Below are positions 39,401-53,827 of a stretch of 64,000 bases of DNA, one piece after another. Positions within the stretch are counted from its first letter, which is position 1, and every line of letters starts with the position of its first letter. Source of the stretch: Octopus sinensis (lineage: Eukaryota); NCBI RefSeq assembly GCF_006345805.1, contig NC_043015.1:19344001-19408000 (forward strand), read 5' to 3'. The notes beneath the pieces are model-generated. The model did no database searches. It saw only the letters and a list, made by a program, of their open reading frames with translations, and was not told where the DNA came from. Position numbers and translations under genes: made by a program.

Positions 39401-42400
39401 TCAGTTGTCCATAAGTCAGGAAAAAAGCATACTCTAAAAGAGAATTTGAATGGTCATATATTGTTGAGTAGTATATTCTTGGTTAAAGTTTATAACCAGT
39501 AAGAAAGTTACCATTGGTTTTGTCTGTTATTGCATTTGACCTTGAATTTACTTCTCATAATAGAAAATTCATTTGATATGTGGTATCCCCCTTTTTTGGG
39601 ACTAAAGAACAGAAAACATATCTATGACTTTAATCATACAATAGGAGGCAAGTCTTCTTCCCCTCCCAGAAAGTTTTTTTTTCCATTTCACTTTTTTTAT
39701 CACCACTAAACCAAACCAAGACTGTATAATTACCTCCAGCATTAAAAGGTTATGTGTTCCAGCCAGAATGTCTGAAGACTCATCAGTATTGCCAAGTGCA
39801 ATAGCAGATGCAAGACCAATGGTAATTCTCTGATCATTTATTTATATGCCATAATCAAGAATATACTATTCAACAATATAAAAATATAACTGCTCAAATT
39901 CTCTTTTAGAATGTGTTTTTTCTGACTTATGGACAACACTTCTCTTGTTACAGAGTGTATCACATGGTTTGTGCTTTATAGCTGCCTCTCTGATTGTGCA
40001 CCTATATATTGTCATGAAAGGACTTGTTTTATATGCTCTTTATGGATATGGAAATATATGATCTTGGTTATTCTACCAAAACCATACCTGTGTCATCAAA
40101 CAAGCTGGACATAAGGATGCACTGAGGGAAGTTCATTGACCTTATAAGATGCATGAAATGCAAAGCCTACTCCTATGACCAAACAACATCACCCTCAGAT
40201 TCCATTTTTTATAACATCAAATCTGGAAGGTTTCTTCCCAGAATCAAAGAACTGAAAGCCTCCAAAGCAGATTTACTGGCATCATCTTCAAACTGAAATA
40301 CCAGAAGTTCTCTAACCTGCTTCAGTGCAAGCTCACTTCAAATATACATTTCCTTAAAGATTCAGACTGGGCTTTGCTTTTCTCAGATAAAACCAAAATC
40401 CTAAGTAAAAACCAGCACATATGATGAGGCTCTTTGGGGATAGCATCACACAAAACTTTAGATGATAGATCGCTAGCCACTAAACCTTTTTCTATTTTCT
40501 TTCCTTGTTTATTTCTTTGTTCCTTTCTGTCAAAGAGTGTAAGCTCAAAACGTAAAAGACTTTCTCACTTCCCAAGCATTAAACTAATACATCTGTTTGT
40601 TGTTTACACACCCATCTTCGTCTTTTGTAAATTATCACTATAGATGAGCTTCCCTCATATGATGGCATAAATAATGTACCAAAATATTTAGCTAATTGTT
40701 AGATATAGCTGATAGAGTAAAAGCCTTAGCTGAGAGGAATGCTTTTATTATCACCAAAGATCATAAGTCAAACTTCACCTCCAACCCCAAGTTCCACCTG
40801 ATTGACCCGTCTAAATCAGAATTGAGGAAGATAAGCAATGATATAAGGAAGATATCCTGTCTTATGACAATAACAATGAAGTAATTTAATGGATTAAAGC
40901 AAGCCAAAGTAGAAATAGAGCAAGGTTCAATTCAATATAGTGGTTGTTTATTCATCTGCATCAAAGACATTATTTTCACTAATAAGTTTACCAGTGTTAG
41001 TAATAGGGATATAGAGGTAATAATTCATGCCAGAAAAACCCTGCTGTTCAACAAAGGTTCAGCCTGCCTCAAACAAACTAACCAAGAAGATTTTTTCGAT
41101 GTGGTGATGGAAGCATTTGACAGTGCAGATATCTGTGACCTCATAAGATTATTTGTGACACCTTAAAGTGTCAAATATAAATAAACAGGTTGTCCCATCA
41201 ACCAACTTTGGTCTATATAGGGATGATGTTTAAGCCATCTCTATAGGCAGAAATGGGCACACCTTGAACAAGCTTAGGAAAGACTTGATTCACAACCTTA
41301 ACTCCATTGAACTTAAGGTTACCATTGAAACCAAAGTTACCTTAGATATAACACTCAATTTGAGCACTGATTCATATAATCTATACTGCAAACCTAATGA
41401 AAGGTTGTCATATATCAACACAGCCTCCTGGTACTCACCTATATATAGTCTTTAAAAACCTCAAAGTGTGTCATTAAGATTATTTCCAACTTATTCTTGA
41501 ATAAAGATGTTTTTGATGTAATAGCCCCCTATAACAATGAGGCTCTTGCAACCAGTAGGTTTAAGAACTGAACTACTTATATGACTGGCCCTAATATCCA
41601 CAAGAGAAAAATGCCACTGTAAAGTCTTCTGGTTTGCCATACCCTTCACACTCAACATAAAATCTATGTGTAAAGTGCCTTCCTTAGATTGTTAGATAAG
41701 CATTTCACATTGTCCCATAGGTATAGGAGATTATTCAGTAGACATAACTTAAGGGCTGCATTCAGATGTGCACCTAGTGTCAAAAAGATATTAGAATACA
41801 CTTCAAAGTGTTGTACAGAGGCATGATGTTCATGTAGGTTTAGCAGCCAGTGTTCAGTGAAAGGTTGGTGTAACACCAAGGGTGTGGTGTATGAAGCAGA
41901 GGTAGTACTATCAAACAATAGCAGCAAAGGAGGAATGCATACTCAGAAATATGTTGAGGCAATAGAGGCCCCCTTTAAAGCTAGGCTAAATAATCACAAG
42001 CCCTCTTTTAGGATCCAAGAGAGGTGCAACATTATAATATTAACCGCTTATATATAGTGATTAAAAGAGGAAGGAACACCATATAAAATCAACAAGAAGC
42101 TGCTGGCACAACCTGAGCTATATCTGAACAGAAGCAACTAAGCTTTACTTATATGAGAGAAGAATAATCTTTAAAAATTCATACAGTCCAGGTACCTTTT
42201 TGAACTCAAAAAGTGAAATTTTTAGTCATTGCCCTTACAATAGAAAATTTATTTTGAAAGCATGTCCGCCTTTTTAAAACCGAAGAACCAAAAATATGTA
42301 CACCAGCACAGCTGACCCCATTCAGCCATAGCTGGAATCATACAATAGGAAGCAATTATTCCCTTCTCAGATAGGTTTTTTTTTTGTTTCATTTCATTTC

Positions 42401-45400
42401 ACAAATGAGCTGACCAAGATTGTATATTTACAGTTAACATTAAAGAGACAATGTGTTCTTAGTCATCGGTATTGCTAAGTGCAGCATTCAATGCAAAATA
42501 CATAGCAACTTTGTGACTGACCAGTTGTATGCCATAACCAAGAATATACAACTCTACAACGAAGAAGGACAAATCATAAATCCCTTCAGGTAGATGACCC
42601 TGCTCAATCTGTAGAAAAGGCATAGGTAGAAACTCATAAGATGTACCCTGTATAAGCTGTGGACACATAAGAGGTGCAGCAATATCAACAGAAGGTTAAC
42701 TGGGAAGATAGTTTTTGTGTGTGGCAGATGCACAAGGGCAATAAGCACTGAAAATGTACAGAAAACAGATTCCATCACATACCAGGGGAAAAAAACTAGA
42801 AGTAGTTGATAGCTTGTGTTACCTAGGTGACCAGGTGAGTAGTGGAAGTGGATACTCTGGGAGCATAGCTGCTAGAATAAGAATAGGCTTGGGCAAAGTT
42901 CAGAGAGATCCTACCTCTGCTGGTAACAAAGGACCTCTCGCTGAATGTGAAAGGTAGACTGTTTGATGTCTGTGTGTGAACAGCCATGCTACACGGCAGT
43001 GAAACATGGGGTGTGACTGCTGAGGATATGCAGAGACTTGAAAGAAATGAAGCTAGTATACTCCGCTGGATGTGTAATGTCAGTGTGCATGCACAACAAA
43101 GTGTAAGCATCCTGAGAGAAAAGTTGGACATAAGAAGCATCAGATGGTGTGTGCAAGAGAGACGACTGCGCTGGCAGGTCATGTGATGCATATGGATGAG
43201 GATGTGTCACACCCTAAAGGTGGAGGAAACTTGTGGAAGAGGTAAACCCTGGAAGACATAGGATGAGGTGGTGAAGCACAACCTTCGAACGTTGAGTCTC
43301 ACAGAAGCAATAACAAACAATTGAGACGACCTATGGAGATATGCCATGTTTGAGAAGACCCGAAAAGCCAGGTGAGATCATAATCATGACTGATTACAAT
43401 CATAACTGGCCCATTTAAAAGCACCTTCCAATCGTCAGGCAATATGCTGTGATTGTGAAGACCTGTTGAACCAAGTGAAATCAATGCCATGGCTGATGCC
43501 AGTGCCGCCTGACTAGTACACATGCTTGTGACATATAAAAAGCACCATTTGAGCATGGCCAATGCTAGTGCTGCCTGACTGGCACCCAAGCCTGTGGCAC
43601 ATAAAAGGCACCATTCAAGCATGGCCAATCCAGTGCTGTCTTACTAGCACCCACGCCGGTGGCATGTAAGAAGCACCATTTGAGCCAATATCAGTGCCAC
43701 CTGACTGGCACCCTTGCTGGTGGCACGTAAAAAGCACCCACCAAACTCACAGAGTGGTATTAGGAAGGGCTTTCAGCTGTAGAAACCTTGCCAAATCAGA
43801 CTGGTGCAGCTTACCAGTTCTCAGTCAAACCATCCAACTCGTGCCAGCATGAAAAGTGGATGTTAAACAACAATAATGATGATGATGATGATAACATACA
43901 CACACAAAATTAAGGTTGTTCACAACGGAGTCATACCCAACAACTAGTGTAGCTGTAGTCAACTGTTACAAAGGTAAAGGTGATGCCTTTGACAGAAATA
44001 ATTACAGAGGTATAAAATTGCTAGACCATGTCATGAAAGTTATAGAGAGGATCATAGCTCAATAAATCAGGAAGAGAGTTAGCCTAGATGAGATGCAGTT
44101 CAGTTTCATGCCGGGGAGAAGCACTACTGACACTGTCTTCCTGGCAAGGCAACTGCAGAAGAAGCATTTAGTACTTGGCTTTTTTTTAAATGGAGAAAGC
44201 CTTTAACAGAGACTCTCACTCCCTCATCTGAAGGTCAATGCACAAGCTAGGGATAGATGAGTGGTTGGTGTCAACTGTACAAGCCACGTACTTAGATGAT
44301 GTCAGTAAAATAAAGGTTAGCAATGAAGTTAGTGTACAAAGAGTCACTACCTGAACTAGAGAGGAAATTTCAGGTGTGGGAGCAAGGTCTGGAGCCAAAG
44401 GGCCTTAGAATTAATTTAGCAAAGACCAAATTCCTAGTAAGTAGGGAAACAGATAAATCACTAATCTTTTCAGAGAGATGGCCCTCCACAATATGTACAA
44501 AAAGGTGTTGGTAGAAACTCCATATGGTGTACCCAGTGCAAGCTATGGACACATAAGAGGTGCAGCAATGTCACAAGATAATTAACAGAGAAAGTAGTCT
44601 TTGTGTGTGTGGCAGATGTGCAGGTACAATAAGTACTAAGAGTTTATAGATAACAGACTTCAACAAATTTCCAAGGGGCTCCTTAGTGTAGTAGATAGCT
44701 TCTTTTATCTAGGCATCCAAGTTAGCAGTGGAGGAGGAAGTTCTGAAAGTGTAATTGCTAGAATAATAATGGAGTGGGCAAAGTTCAGAGAGCTATTACT
44801 TTTGTTAGTAACAAAGGACTTCTCCCTCAGAGAAAAAGATTGTATGATACCCATATATGTACAGCTATGCTGCATGGCAGTGAAACATAGGCTATGACTA
44901 CAGAGGACATGTGAAGGCTTGAAAGGAATGAAGCCAGCATGCTCCACCGGATAGGTAATGTTGGTGTGCATGTAAGACAGCAAATGATTTAAGAGAAAAA
45001 TTGGATATATATATATATATATGTGTGTGTGTGTTTGTGTTTGTCCCCTACCACTGCTTGACAACTGGTGTTGGTGTGTTTACATCCCCATAACTTAGTG
45101 GTTTGGCAAAGTACCAGGCTTAAAAGAAAAAAGTACTTGGATCAATTCATTTAACTGAAATTCTTCAAGGCAGTGCTCCAGCATGGCTGTGTATACATAT
45201 ATATGTGTTCACACATGAATTAGCATCTATTGGTGTTGAAAATATATAACTGATAAGGGCACAATAATGCCATTAATAAAAAGGACAACATGCTGTAGTG
45301 ATAAATGCATAGGTATTGATGATGCATGCAGGATAATTAATGGTATTAGCTAGTAGTGAGGTAATAGTAAGTAATCTGAGAAAACTTGGAAATGAGTATT

Positions 45401-48400
45401 TATATTCCATCTCTCAAGGTTGTGAGGGATGAAATGCATGAAGTTATGTTGTTGTTTTAGACCCTTGTTACTCATACCAGTATAGGAAAATATATGTTAA
45501 AGTTATGAGGACGATGGTCAGAACGGTTCAGAGCTATTTATATCATTCTGTTCATTCTATCATAAGTAGACATATATTAAATGTAATAGACTTCAATTTA
45601 TTTTATAAAAATACACTATATTAAAGAAAATCAATTGTACACTAATTTTTAGAGGGTGGGCAGGTGTGAAATATTTCAATTTTTTGTGTAGAGAAAGTAT
45701 TGTGTTAATTCCTATCATAGTCATCTAGCCTCTAATAATATTCTGGAGGTGGAAAATAGTTGGCAGATTTATTGTATTAGACCAAGAAGTATAAAAAAAC
45801 ACATATGATCTCAGCATAAAGGAATATATGTAAAAGCTGTAAGATATTTTGTCTAATGGTCCATTAATTCTGCCATTAACCACTTTTGAATACTTAGAAT
45901 TTTGATATTTTTAGCTAATTATTACTGCAATAAATTCAGCATTTTCCATTTCTCTTTGTATAGCTTATAATACAGCCCAGAGGACATGCTATTCTCAAAG
46001 ATCCTATCTCAGTCTAATCCGCAGAATTAAAGGTAAGCATTTATTCAAAAATTATTTTTTTATTTTATTGCATATTTCATTTAACACTGAAATTTTACTT
46101 TTATTATACTACTAAATATTAACAATCATGTCTATTATTTCCACTGCTTTTACAGATAAAATTCAATACAAAGAAAATATCTGTTAATTGATATTCACTG
46201 AACCTCTCCTGTTTTTTGTTTTTAACAACCTGTTTTGGATTTCTTTTTCAAATAGAAAAATGCATGTCTTCCTTAATTGCTATTTGTATTGCTTTGAAGA
46301 GTTATTTAATGAAGATAAAGCAAGAATGGAACCAAATAGTATTTGGTTGAAAACACTATGTATATATATTTTTGTTAGATTAGAATATGTATATGTGTGT
46401 GTGGATCAAAACAGGTTGATTCAAATTCGTTGGTACCCCGAGAGTTCTAAGTGTGATGATAATTTTCAGCCATTTTGAATTTGAATGAAAGAAGTTGATT
46501 GTTATTACCATAAGGTGGGCTGTGATTGGTCAAGGAAGGTCACGTAGTGTCATGGTTTGATGTTGGTGAACAGGAAATCAGTCAGGTTGTTGGAGGGGAG
46601 GTAGGAAGGGGCAGCATATGCAAGTATATAGTTGTATATGTGGGTGTGTAGATACACTCATATGGTTTTGCATGCATGTCTGCATTGATGCAAGTGTGCA
46701 CAGCTGTATATGGATGCATATTCTCACACACACAACTATATATGTATATGAACAGACTTGCACACATGCATATTAGTGAGCGCATAACAAGCATTTGGAG
46801 TTGGTAAGTGTTGAGAATTGGTAAGCATTGAGGATTGGTAACTGGTGGTCCTGCTCATGGGGTTGGTTGGTGATGGTGACCTTGGTGCAGAGTAGCAGCT
46901 GGTACTAAGGTGATATATCCAGGTTGTCAGCAGTCAGAGGCTTGAAATTTGCCAGAAGGGCATACCGCTGGTGACAGCAATAAGATAACTTTCTTTTATT
47001 AGCCACACAGGCAATAAGATAAATCATATTTCTTATTGATGGATACTGCAGGTTGTTGGAGGATATGCAGTTTTATGTGGAGGCAGAGTTGGCAGTTTGG
47101 GGGCACTGGGAGAATATGGTGGTGCTCTGTCAACAATAGTTCACTTGATGCTGGGTGTTTCATCTCAGAGGTCACAGAGTCTCCAGAGAAAATGAAACAG
47201 GGAAGTAGAGTTCTCTGTGTCCCATACAGGAAGCCTAATGAGGAAACACTATACATCCACGAGCTCAATTAAAAACCTGGTTCCAGGCATTAGAAACGAC
47301 TGTCTAATCTCTCAACCAATAGAGATATCTTTAACAAGGCTGACCCCCACTACAACAATGCTTTGGCTAGGGGTGGGGTTACTGAGAAGCTCACTTATGG
47401 GGACAACACCCTCTCCTCACCCCAAAAAGATTAGGAAAAGGAAAATGATATGGTATAACATCCCTTTCAACCCAGATATTTCCACCAACATAGCTAAGGG
47501 CTTCCTATCATTAATTAAGAAACTCTTCCCCAGAGACCAATAGTATTACAAACTCTTCAACCCCATAATATCAAGGTGAGCTACTCCTGATTAGACAACG
47601 TATCCAACATCGCATGCATCAACAGACATAAAAATGCAATCGCACCACCCCAACCCCAACCTGCTGAAACCCCACCATGTGCCATCTAGAATGATCCTGC
47701 CTCTCAGGGGCTGTAATATGCAGAGCCACCCTTACACCATCTGATGGCATTACCAGGCACTATACAGGTATGACAGCCAATAACTTCAAGGGAAGATACT
47801 CCCAGCATATGCACTCATTCAGATCCAGGGATAGAGAGAACTCTACCTCCCTGTCTCATTTTTTCTAGAGACACTGTGACCTCCGAGATGAAACACCCAG
47901 CATCAAGGGTATTAATTGAACAGATCAACCCCAGGACTTTTTTTAAGCCGTGTACTTATTCTATCATTTCTTTTGCCGAACTGCTAAGTTATGGGGACAT
48001 AAACACATCAGTACTAGTTGAGTTGTCAAGCAGTGATGGGGGACAAACATAGACACAAGACACACACATAGATATACAAACACACACACATACATATATA
48101 TAGTTCAAAACAGTTTAATTCTGATTCCGTACTACTTAAAGATTCAAAGCCCCTAATGGAAGAGGGTAGGGCTTTCCTCAGGCAAGTGGAAATCAGAATA
48201 AATGGAGAGGGGTAGGAAGTCCAAGATGGCTGGTGGCAGATTGGCTGCGATTGGTCAAGAGATGTCACATGATGTCAATATTAATAAGCAAACAACAGCA
48301 GATACTTGAGAAAAATGGGAATTTGGCCATGGTTGGACAAGAAATTGATGGCGTCTGGGTGTAGGGTCAAAGGGGTGTAGTGATGCTACTGTGTAAGGTT

Positions 48401-51400
48401 CAGCGTGCATGCGCAGAATGGGACTACTTCCGGGTGGCCACCGGAAGTCTTCCCCATGCGCATGTGCAGGAAACTGACCCCTAAGGCACAGTCCACTCAC
48501 TCACTCTCTCTGGCCCCAACAGCACTCGTGAACAGACGTGCATTAGAAGTCTCTGAGAACTATGCATCGACTTAGCAGTGGACACATCGAACCACTTCGA
48601 CCAGCCTACAAGAAGCAGTACAACAGATACGGCTGTCGGTCCCCCTCAGAAATAGGCACACCAGATCAACACCATCACAAGTAATAAAACAACATTTGCT
48701 GTCTTTCTCAGATAACCTGACTTCGTCTGTTATATTTAACTAAATTGAATGTGACGGAATCGGATCGGACACCCCTTCAGTGATACCGATTCCAGATCCT
48801 GTTATAATTGGTGACCCCGAGTAAAAAAAAAAAAAAAGAAAGAACAGAAGACGCAGCGAACAGGTTTTGCCAGTTAGCACGCTGAAAACTCAGTTTTCAC
48901 TTTCATTTTTTCGTACAAACAAAAGTTTATCCATCGCACTCAGTACACTGAAAAAAAAAAAACACACACACACATCATTTTTTCTTTTCTGTAGCCTTTG
49001 TTTTTCCTTTGTGTGCACACACACACACCTATTCTTTACTACCCACGAGGTGCACACACACACACACACACACACGAGTACACAAAACACGTTTTTTTTT
49101 TATTTGCTTTGTCGGTTTCACGTGTTCTCCACTTCTCGTTCTTCCTTCTGCCCCCTTTCTGACAGGCGTTTTTTCGGACAAACATGGCTGCATCAGGTTT
49201 GCCTTTATTCACAGGGGATGCAGGTCTGTGGTTTGCCCAGGTGGAGTCGCATTTTGACGCACATGCCGTTCCTCCACAGCAGCAGTTGCATCTGCTATAT
49301 TCAAGTTTGCATCCCCGACTCGCCACATCGGTCAGGGATCTCATAATAAGTCCCCACCCGGACGCCACATACGTGTCCGTAAGAGCCGAAATCCTCCACC
49401 GCAACATGCGGTCGGAGGAGAGTAATTTTAAGGAGCTGATGGCTGAGGAACAGTTGGGATACAGGACTCCATCCCAGTTCCTGTGCCACCTAAGGGAGCT
49501 GAGCGGGAACGCAGCAGACGCGCCGCTCTTACGGAGGATTTTCTTCTCCAGGTTGCCTGCCCACATGCAGACAATGTTGGCCACGGCACTGGAGTCTGTG
49601 TCAGTAGACCAGATTGCCACGATGGCAGACAAAATATTGGAATTTCCGAAACCATCTCCATCGCGAGGCCTGTGCGCATGTACAGAGCCCCCTCCGACAG
49701 TTTCTCCGATGCATAATTCATTAGCCGAGCGGCTCGCTGCGCTCACACGGCGAATTGATGATCTGTGCCATGCGATCGGGCGTCGACCACACAGTTGTAG
49801 TCGCAGTGGCTCTGCTGAAAAGGCAGAACGGTGTACCCAGCCGTGCACTTTTCAGCTCTCGGGAAACTAAATCCGGAGGAGGTGAGCACGTCACCTTCTT
49901 CCGTCTCGTTTCCCAAAAATCGTGCGTTCTTTGTAAAAGATCTGGTGTCGAAGAAATTCTTCATGGTGGACACCGGCTCTTGTTGCAGCATCTGGCCCCT
50001 TTGTCTGATTGCAGACAAGCCCAAGCACTCTTCAATTGTCTTGCATGCCATTGACTCGTCTCCTATAACCACCTTCGGTCAGATTTCGCTGCGCCTCGAC
50101 ATCAACCTTCGTCGAGATTTTCAATGGGTTTTCGTCATCGCTGACATCCTGCATCCTATTCTCGGCGCTGATTTCTTGGATAGGTTTAATCTATTGGTGG
50201 ATGTCAGGCGTCGGAGGCTTCTTGACAGCACGACGTCACTCTCATCGCTCACTGGGAGTTCCACCGATGCGGTCCTTAGCCCGACATTCTTTGTTGCCAC
50301 CTCTGGAGACGCTTTTCACTCTCTTTTGGCTTCGTTTCCGGAGCTAGTGGACATTGCCTTTCAACCAGAAAAGCCTACCCACTTGACCCTCCATTTTATC
50401 ACCACCACTGGGCCGCCTGTATTTTCGCGCCCACGGCGCCTTGCGCCTGACCAACTAAAAGCGGCTAGGGCCGAGTTTGAGCACATGCTTCAACTTGGCC
50501 TTATACGCCCCTCCACCAGCCCATGGGCGTCTCCCCTTCATTTAGCGTGAAAGGACGAGTCTGATTTTCGCCCGGTAGGAGACTATCGACGCCTCAATGC
50601 CGTAACAATAGCCGACAAGTATCCAATCAGAATTCTACAGGACTTTACGGCAAATCTCCATGGTTGCACCATTTTTTCGAAGGTCGACCTTATACACGCG
50701 TACCATCAAATACCGGTCAACCCAGCTGATGTTCCAAAAACTGCAATCACTACCCCTTTTGGGTGTTTTGAGTTTTTGTATTGAGTTTCGGTTTGCGGAA
50801 TGCTACCAGCACTTTCCAGCGTTTCATTGATGAGGTTGTCCGCGGTCTTGATTTTGTGTTTGCCTATGTCGATGATATACTCATTGCGAGCGACACACAT
50901 GAAAATCATCTCCAGCACCTTTCTCGGCTTTTTCAGCATCTTCGCGCTTATAGTATACGTATAAATCCCGACAAGTGTGTTTTCGGACGCTCTTCTCTAG
51001 ATTTTCTTGATTTTTTTGATTGATTCGAGTGGAATCAGCCCTCTGTCATCAAAGGTCGATGCCATTCAACACATCGCACCTCCCACTTTCTTGCGCCAGC
51101 TCAGGCATTATCTAGGGATGATCAATTTCTACTGACGTTTTATTCCCGGTTGTGCAGATAAGCTACTTCCTCTCACCAGGCTATTAAAGGACACTCCTAG
51201 AAAGGACGGTCAAGTTACCCTCTGTTGAGGCACTGACAGCCTTTGAGTTCATTAAGGAGCTGGCTTCTGTTTCTTTGCTTGCACATCCGGTTCCTGGTGC
51301 TTCTCTCTCTTTGACTGTAGACGCATCGGACACTACGATTGGCACTATGTTACAACACACAGTGGATAATCATATTCGACCTCTGGCTTTCTTTTCCCGC

Positions 51401-53766
51401 CAACTGCAACCAGCTGAACGACGATACAGCACCTTTGATCGTGAGCTCCTAGCGATCTATCTATCTGTTCGTCATTTCCAGCATCAACTTGAAGGGCGAG
51501 ATTTTGTGATCTATACGGATCACAAGCCCCTTACGTTTGCCCTGTGTTCAAAAACGGACAAACTCTTGCCTCGTGCTTTCCGGCACCTGGATTTTATCTC
51601 TCAATTCACTAGTAACATTCGACACATACCTGGAAAGGAGAACGTTCCTGCTGACGCTCTCTCTCGCCTTCCAGTCTGCGCCCTTTCGTCTCCTGCTGCT
51701 ATCGACTTAACTGCCATCTCGCAGGAGCAGCCACCTTTGGCGTCGTTAGATTTAACTTCTCCCAAGTTCTCTTGTTGCCAGTTTTCCTACCTTCCGTTTC
51801 CGTCAGCCGAAGGCACCATTCTTTGTGATACTTCCACTGGTTCTCCCAGGCCACTCGTGCCTGAGAATCATCAACGCTCAGTGTTTGAAGTACTGCACTC
51901 CTTATCACATCCTGGCATCGCTGCCACCCTTAAGCTCGGTTTTTCTGGCTGAATATGTGTCCCACTATTACTTCTTGGACACGCACCTGCTCCAAGTGTC
52001 AACAGTCCAAGATTCAACGGCACGTTCGTGCCCCGCTTGGACATTTTCCCCCTACGGAGGGCCGTTTTTGCCATGTCCACATCGATCTGGTTTTCTTATC
52101 TGTTAACTTGTGTCGATCGTTTCTCCCGCTGGCCAGAAGCCATTCCAATAGCAGACATTTCTGCTGAGACTGTTGCGCGAGCCTTCGTTTCGAACTGGAT
52201 TTCCCGTTTCGGAGTTCCGTCCAGATTGACTACTGATCATGGACGTCAGTTTGAAGCTTCGCTATTTCGCGAATTGTCGCGCATTTTAGGTGTGCATCAT
52301 ATTCGCACTACCAGCTATCATCCAGCGTCTAATGGATTAGTTGAACGGTTCCATAGACAGCTCAAGGCCGCTCTTCGTGCCTCCTCGGATCCACAGTCCT
52401 GGATTGAGTTTCTGCCCATTGTGCTTCTCGGTTGTCGCACTGCTGTCAAGGCAGACCTGGGGTTTTCTTCTGCAGAGCTACTGTATGGTACCACACTGGC
52501 ATTGCCTGGTACGATGTTGGTGCCAGACACTTCCCAGCCCCATGATCCGGCGACCTATGTCGCCAGACTGCGTTCCTATTTTTCGAATCTTCCACCCATG
52601 GTTCCCAGGAAACAATCTCCACCATTCCATCTCCCACCGGATATGGACACTTGGTCGCATGTTTTTGTTCGGGACGACTCTGTCAAGGGACCACTTGTTT
52701 CTCCCTTTAAAGGACCTTTCCTTGTGCTTTCTCGCACACCTAAGGTTTTCACCATTGAAATAAATGGTCATTCGGAGACCGTTTCCATGGACCGACTGAA
52801 GAAAGCATACTTTGAGATGTCTTCATCTTTTGATGACAACCTTGCCTCACCCACCTATGCACCTTTAACAACACCTTCACCTGCACAGACACCTTTGCCT
52901 TCACCGGCTCCCACAACACCACCTTCGCCGTCAACGGGTGCCCTGAGCACACCGTATATTACAAGATCGGGCAGAACAGTGCATTGGCCCAAGAAACTTT
53001 CAAAGACAATTTATATTTAACTTTCTTTCTTTCAAATTTCTTGTTTTTAGTATCATATTGTGTACCAAATCTTCTGGGGGATCGGCAAGCCATCTGTTTT
53101 TCTGCAGCACCACTACAAATTTTCTTGTTTTCGTACTTCCACACTCGAGGGGGAGCCATGTAGTGATGCTACTGTGTAAGGTTCAGCGCGCATGCACAGA
53201 ATGGGACTACTTCCGGGTGGCCACCGGAAGTCTTCCCCATGCACATGTGCGGGAAACTGACCCCCTAAGGCACAGTCCACTCACTCACTCTTTCTGGTCC
53301 CAACAGCGCTCGTGAACAGACGTGCATTAGAAGTTTCTGAGAACTACGCATCGACTTAGCAGCGGACACATCGAACCACTTCGACCAGCCTACAAGAAGC
53401 AGCACAACAGATACGGCTGTCGGTCCCCCTCAGAAATAGGCACACCAGATCAACACCATCACGAGTAATAAAACAACATTTGCTGTCTTTCCCAGATAAC
53501 CTGACTTCGTCTGTTATATTTAACTAAATTGAATGTGGTGGGATCGGATCGGACACCCCTTCAGTGATACCGATTCCAGATCCTGTTACAGGGGCATGTG
53601 GGTATATGTGCATATAAAAGGGATGTGGATTTGTGTGGCCTGGCATGGTTAGTGTGGTGCTTATGCATTCTGTATGCATGCAAACATGTATATGTACATG
53701 CACATTCACATTCATACACATGCATGCACCCACACACACATGAACACAGAGACATATTCACCCGCA

Positions 53767-53827
<61 letters not shown>

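Noticed and set aside
39756-39822. Possible extra exon (ttccag|...ATG|gtaatt) between exons C and D
   Set aside because: It would shift phase, and the LU cysteine pattern is already complete without it.
42405-42450. CTGACCA + GATTGTA/TACAGTT hairpin after the old PLE
   Set aside because: Possibly a decayed hammerhead, but G8 and the GAAA are missing, so it cannot be supported.
42600-42740. PHD-like Cys/His finger inside the RTE reverse transcriptase as a novelty
   Set aside because: I recognise this insert as common in invertebrate RTE elements, and it is present in all copies here.
49039-49848. 269-aa antisense ORF overlapping gag
   Set aside because: Expected in GC-rich coding sequence. 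It starts in pol, ends in a (GT)n tract and has no recognisable domain.
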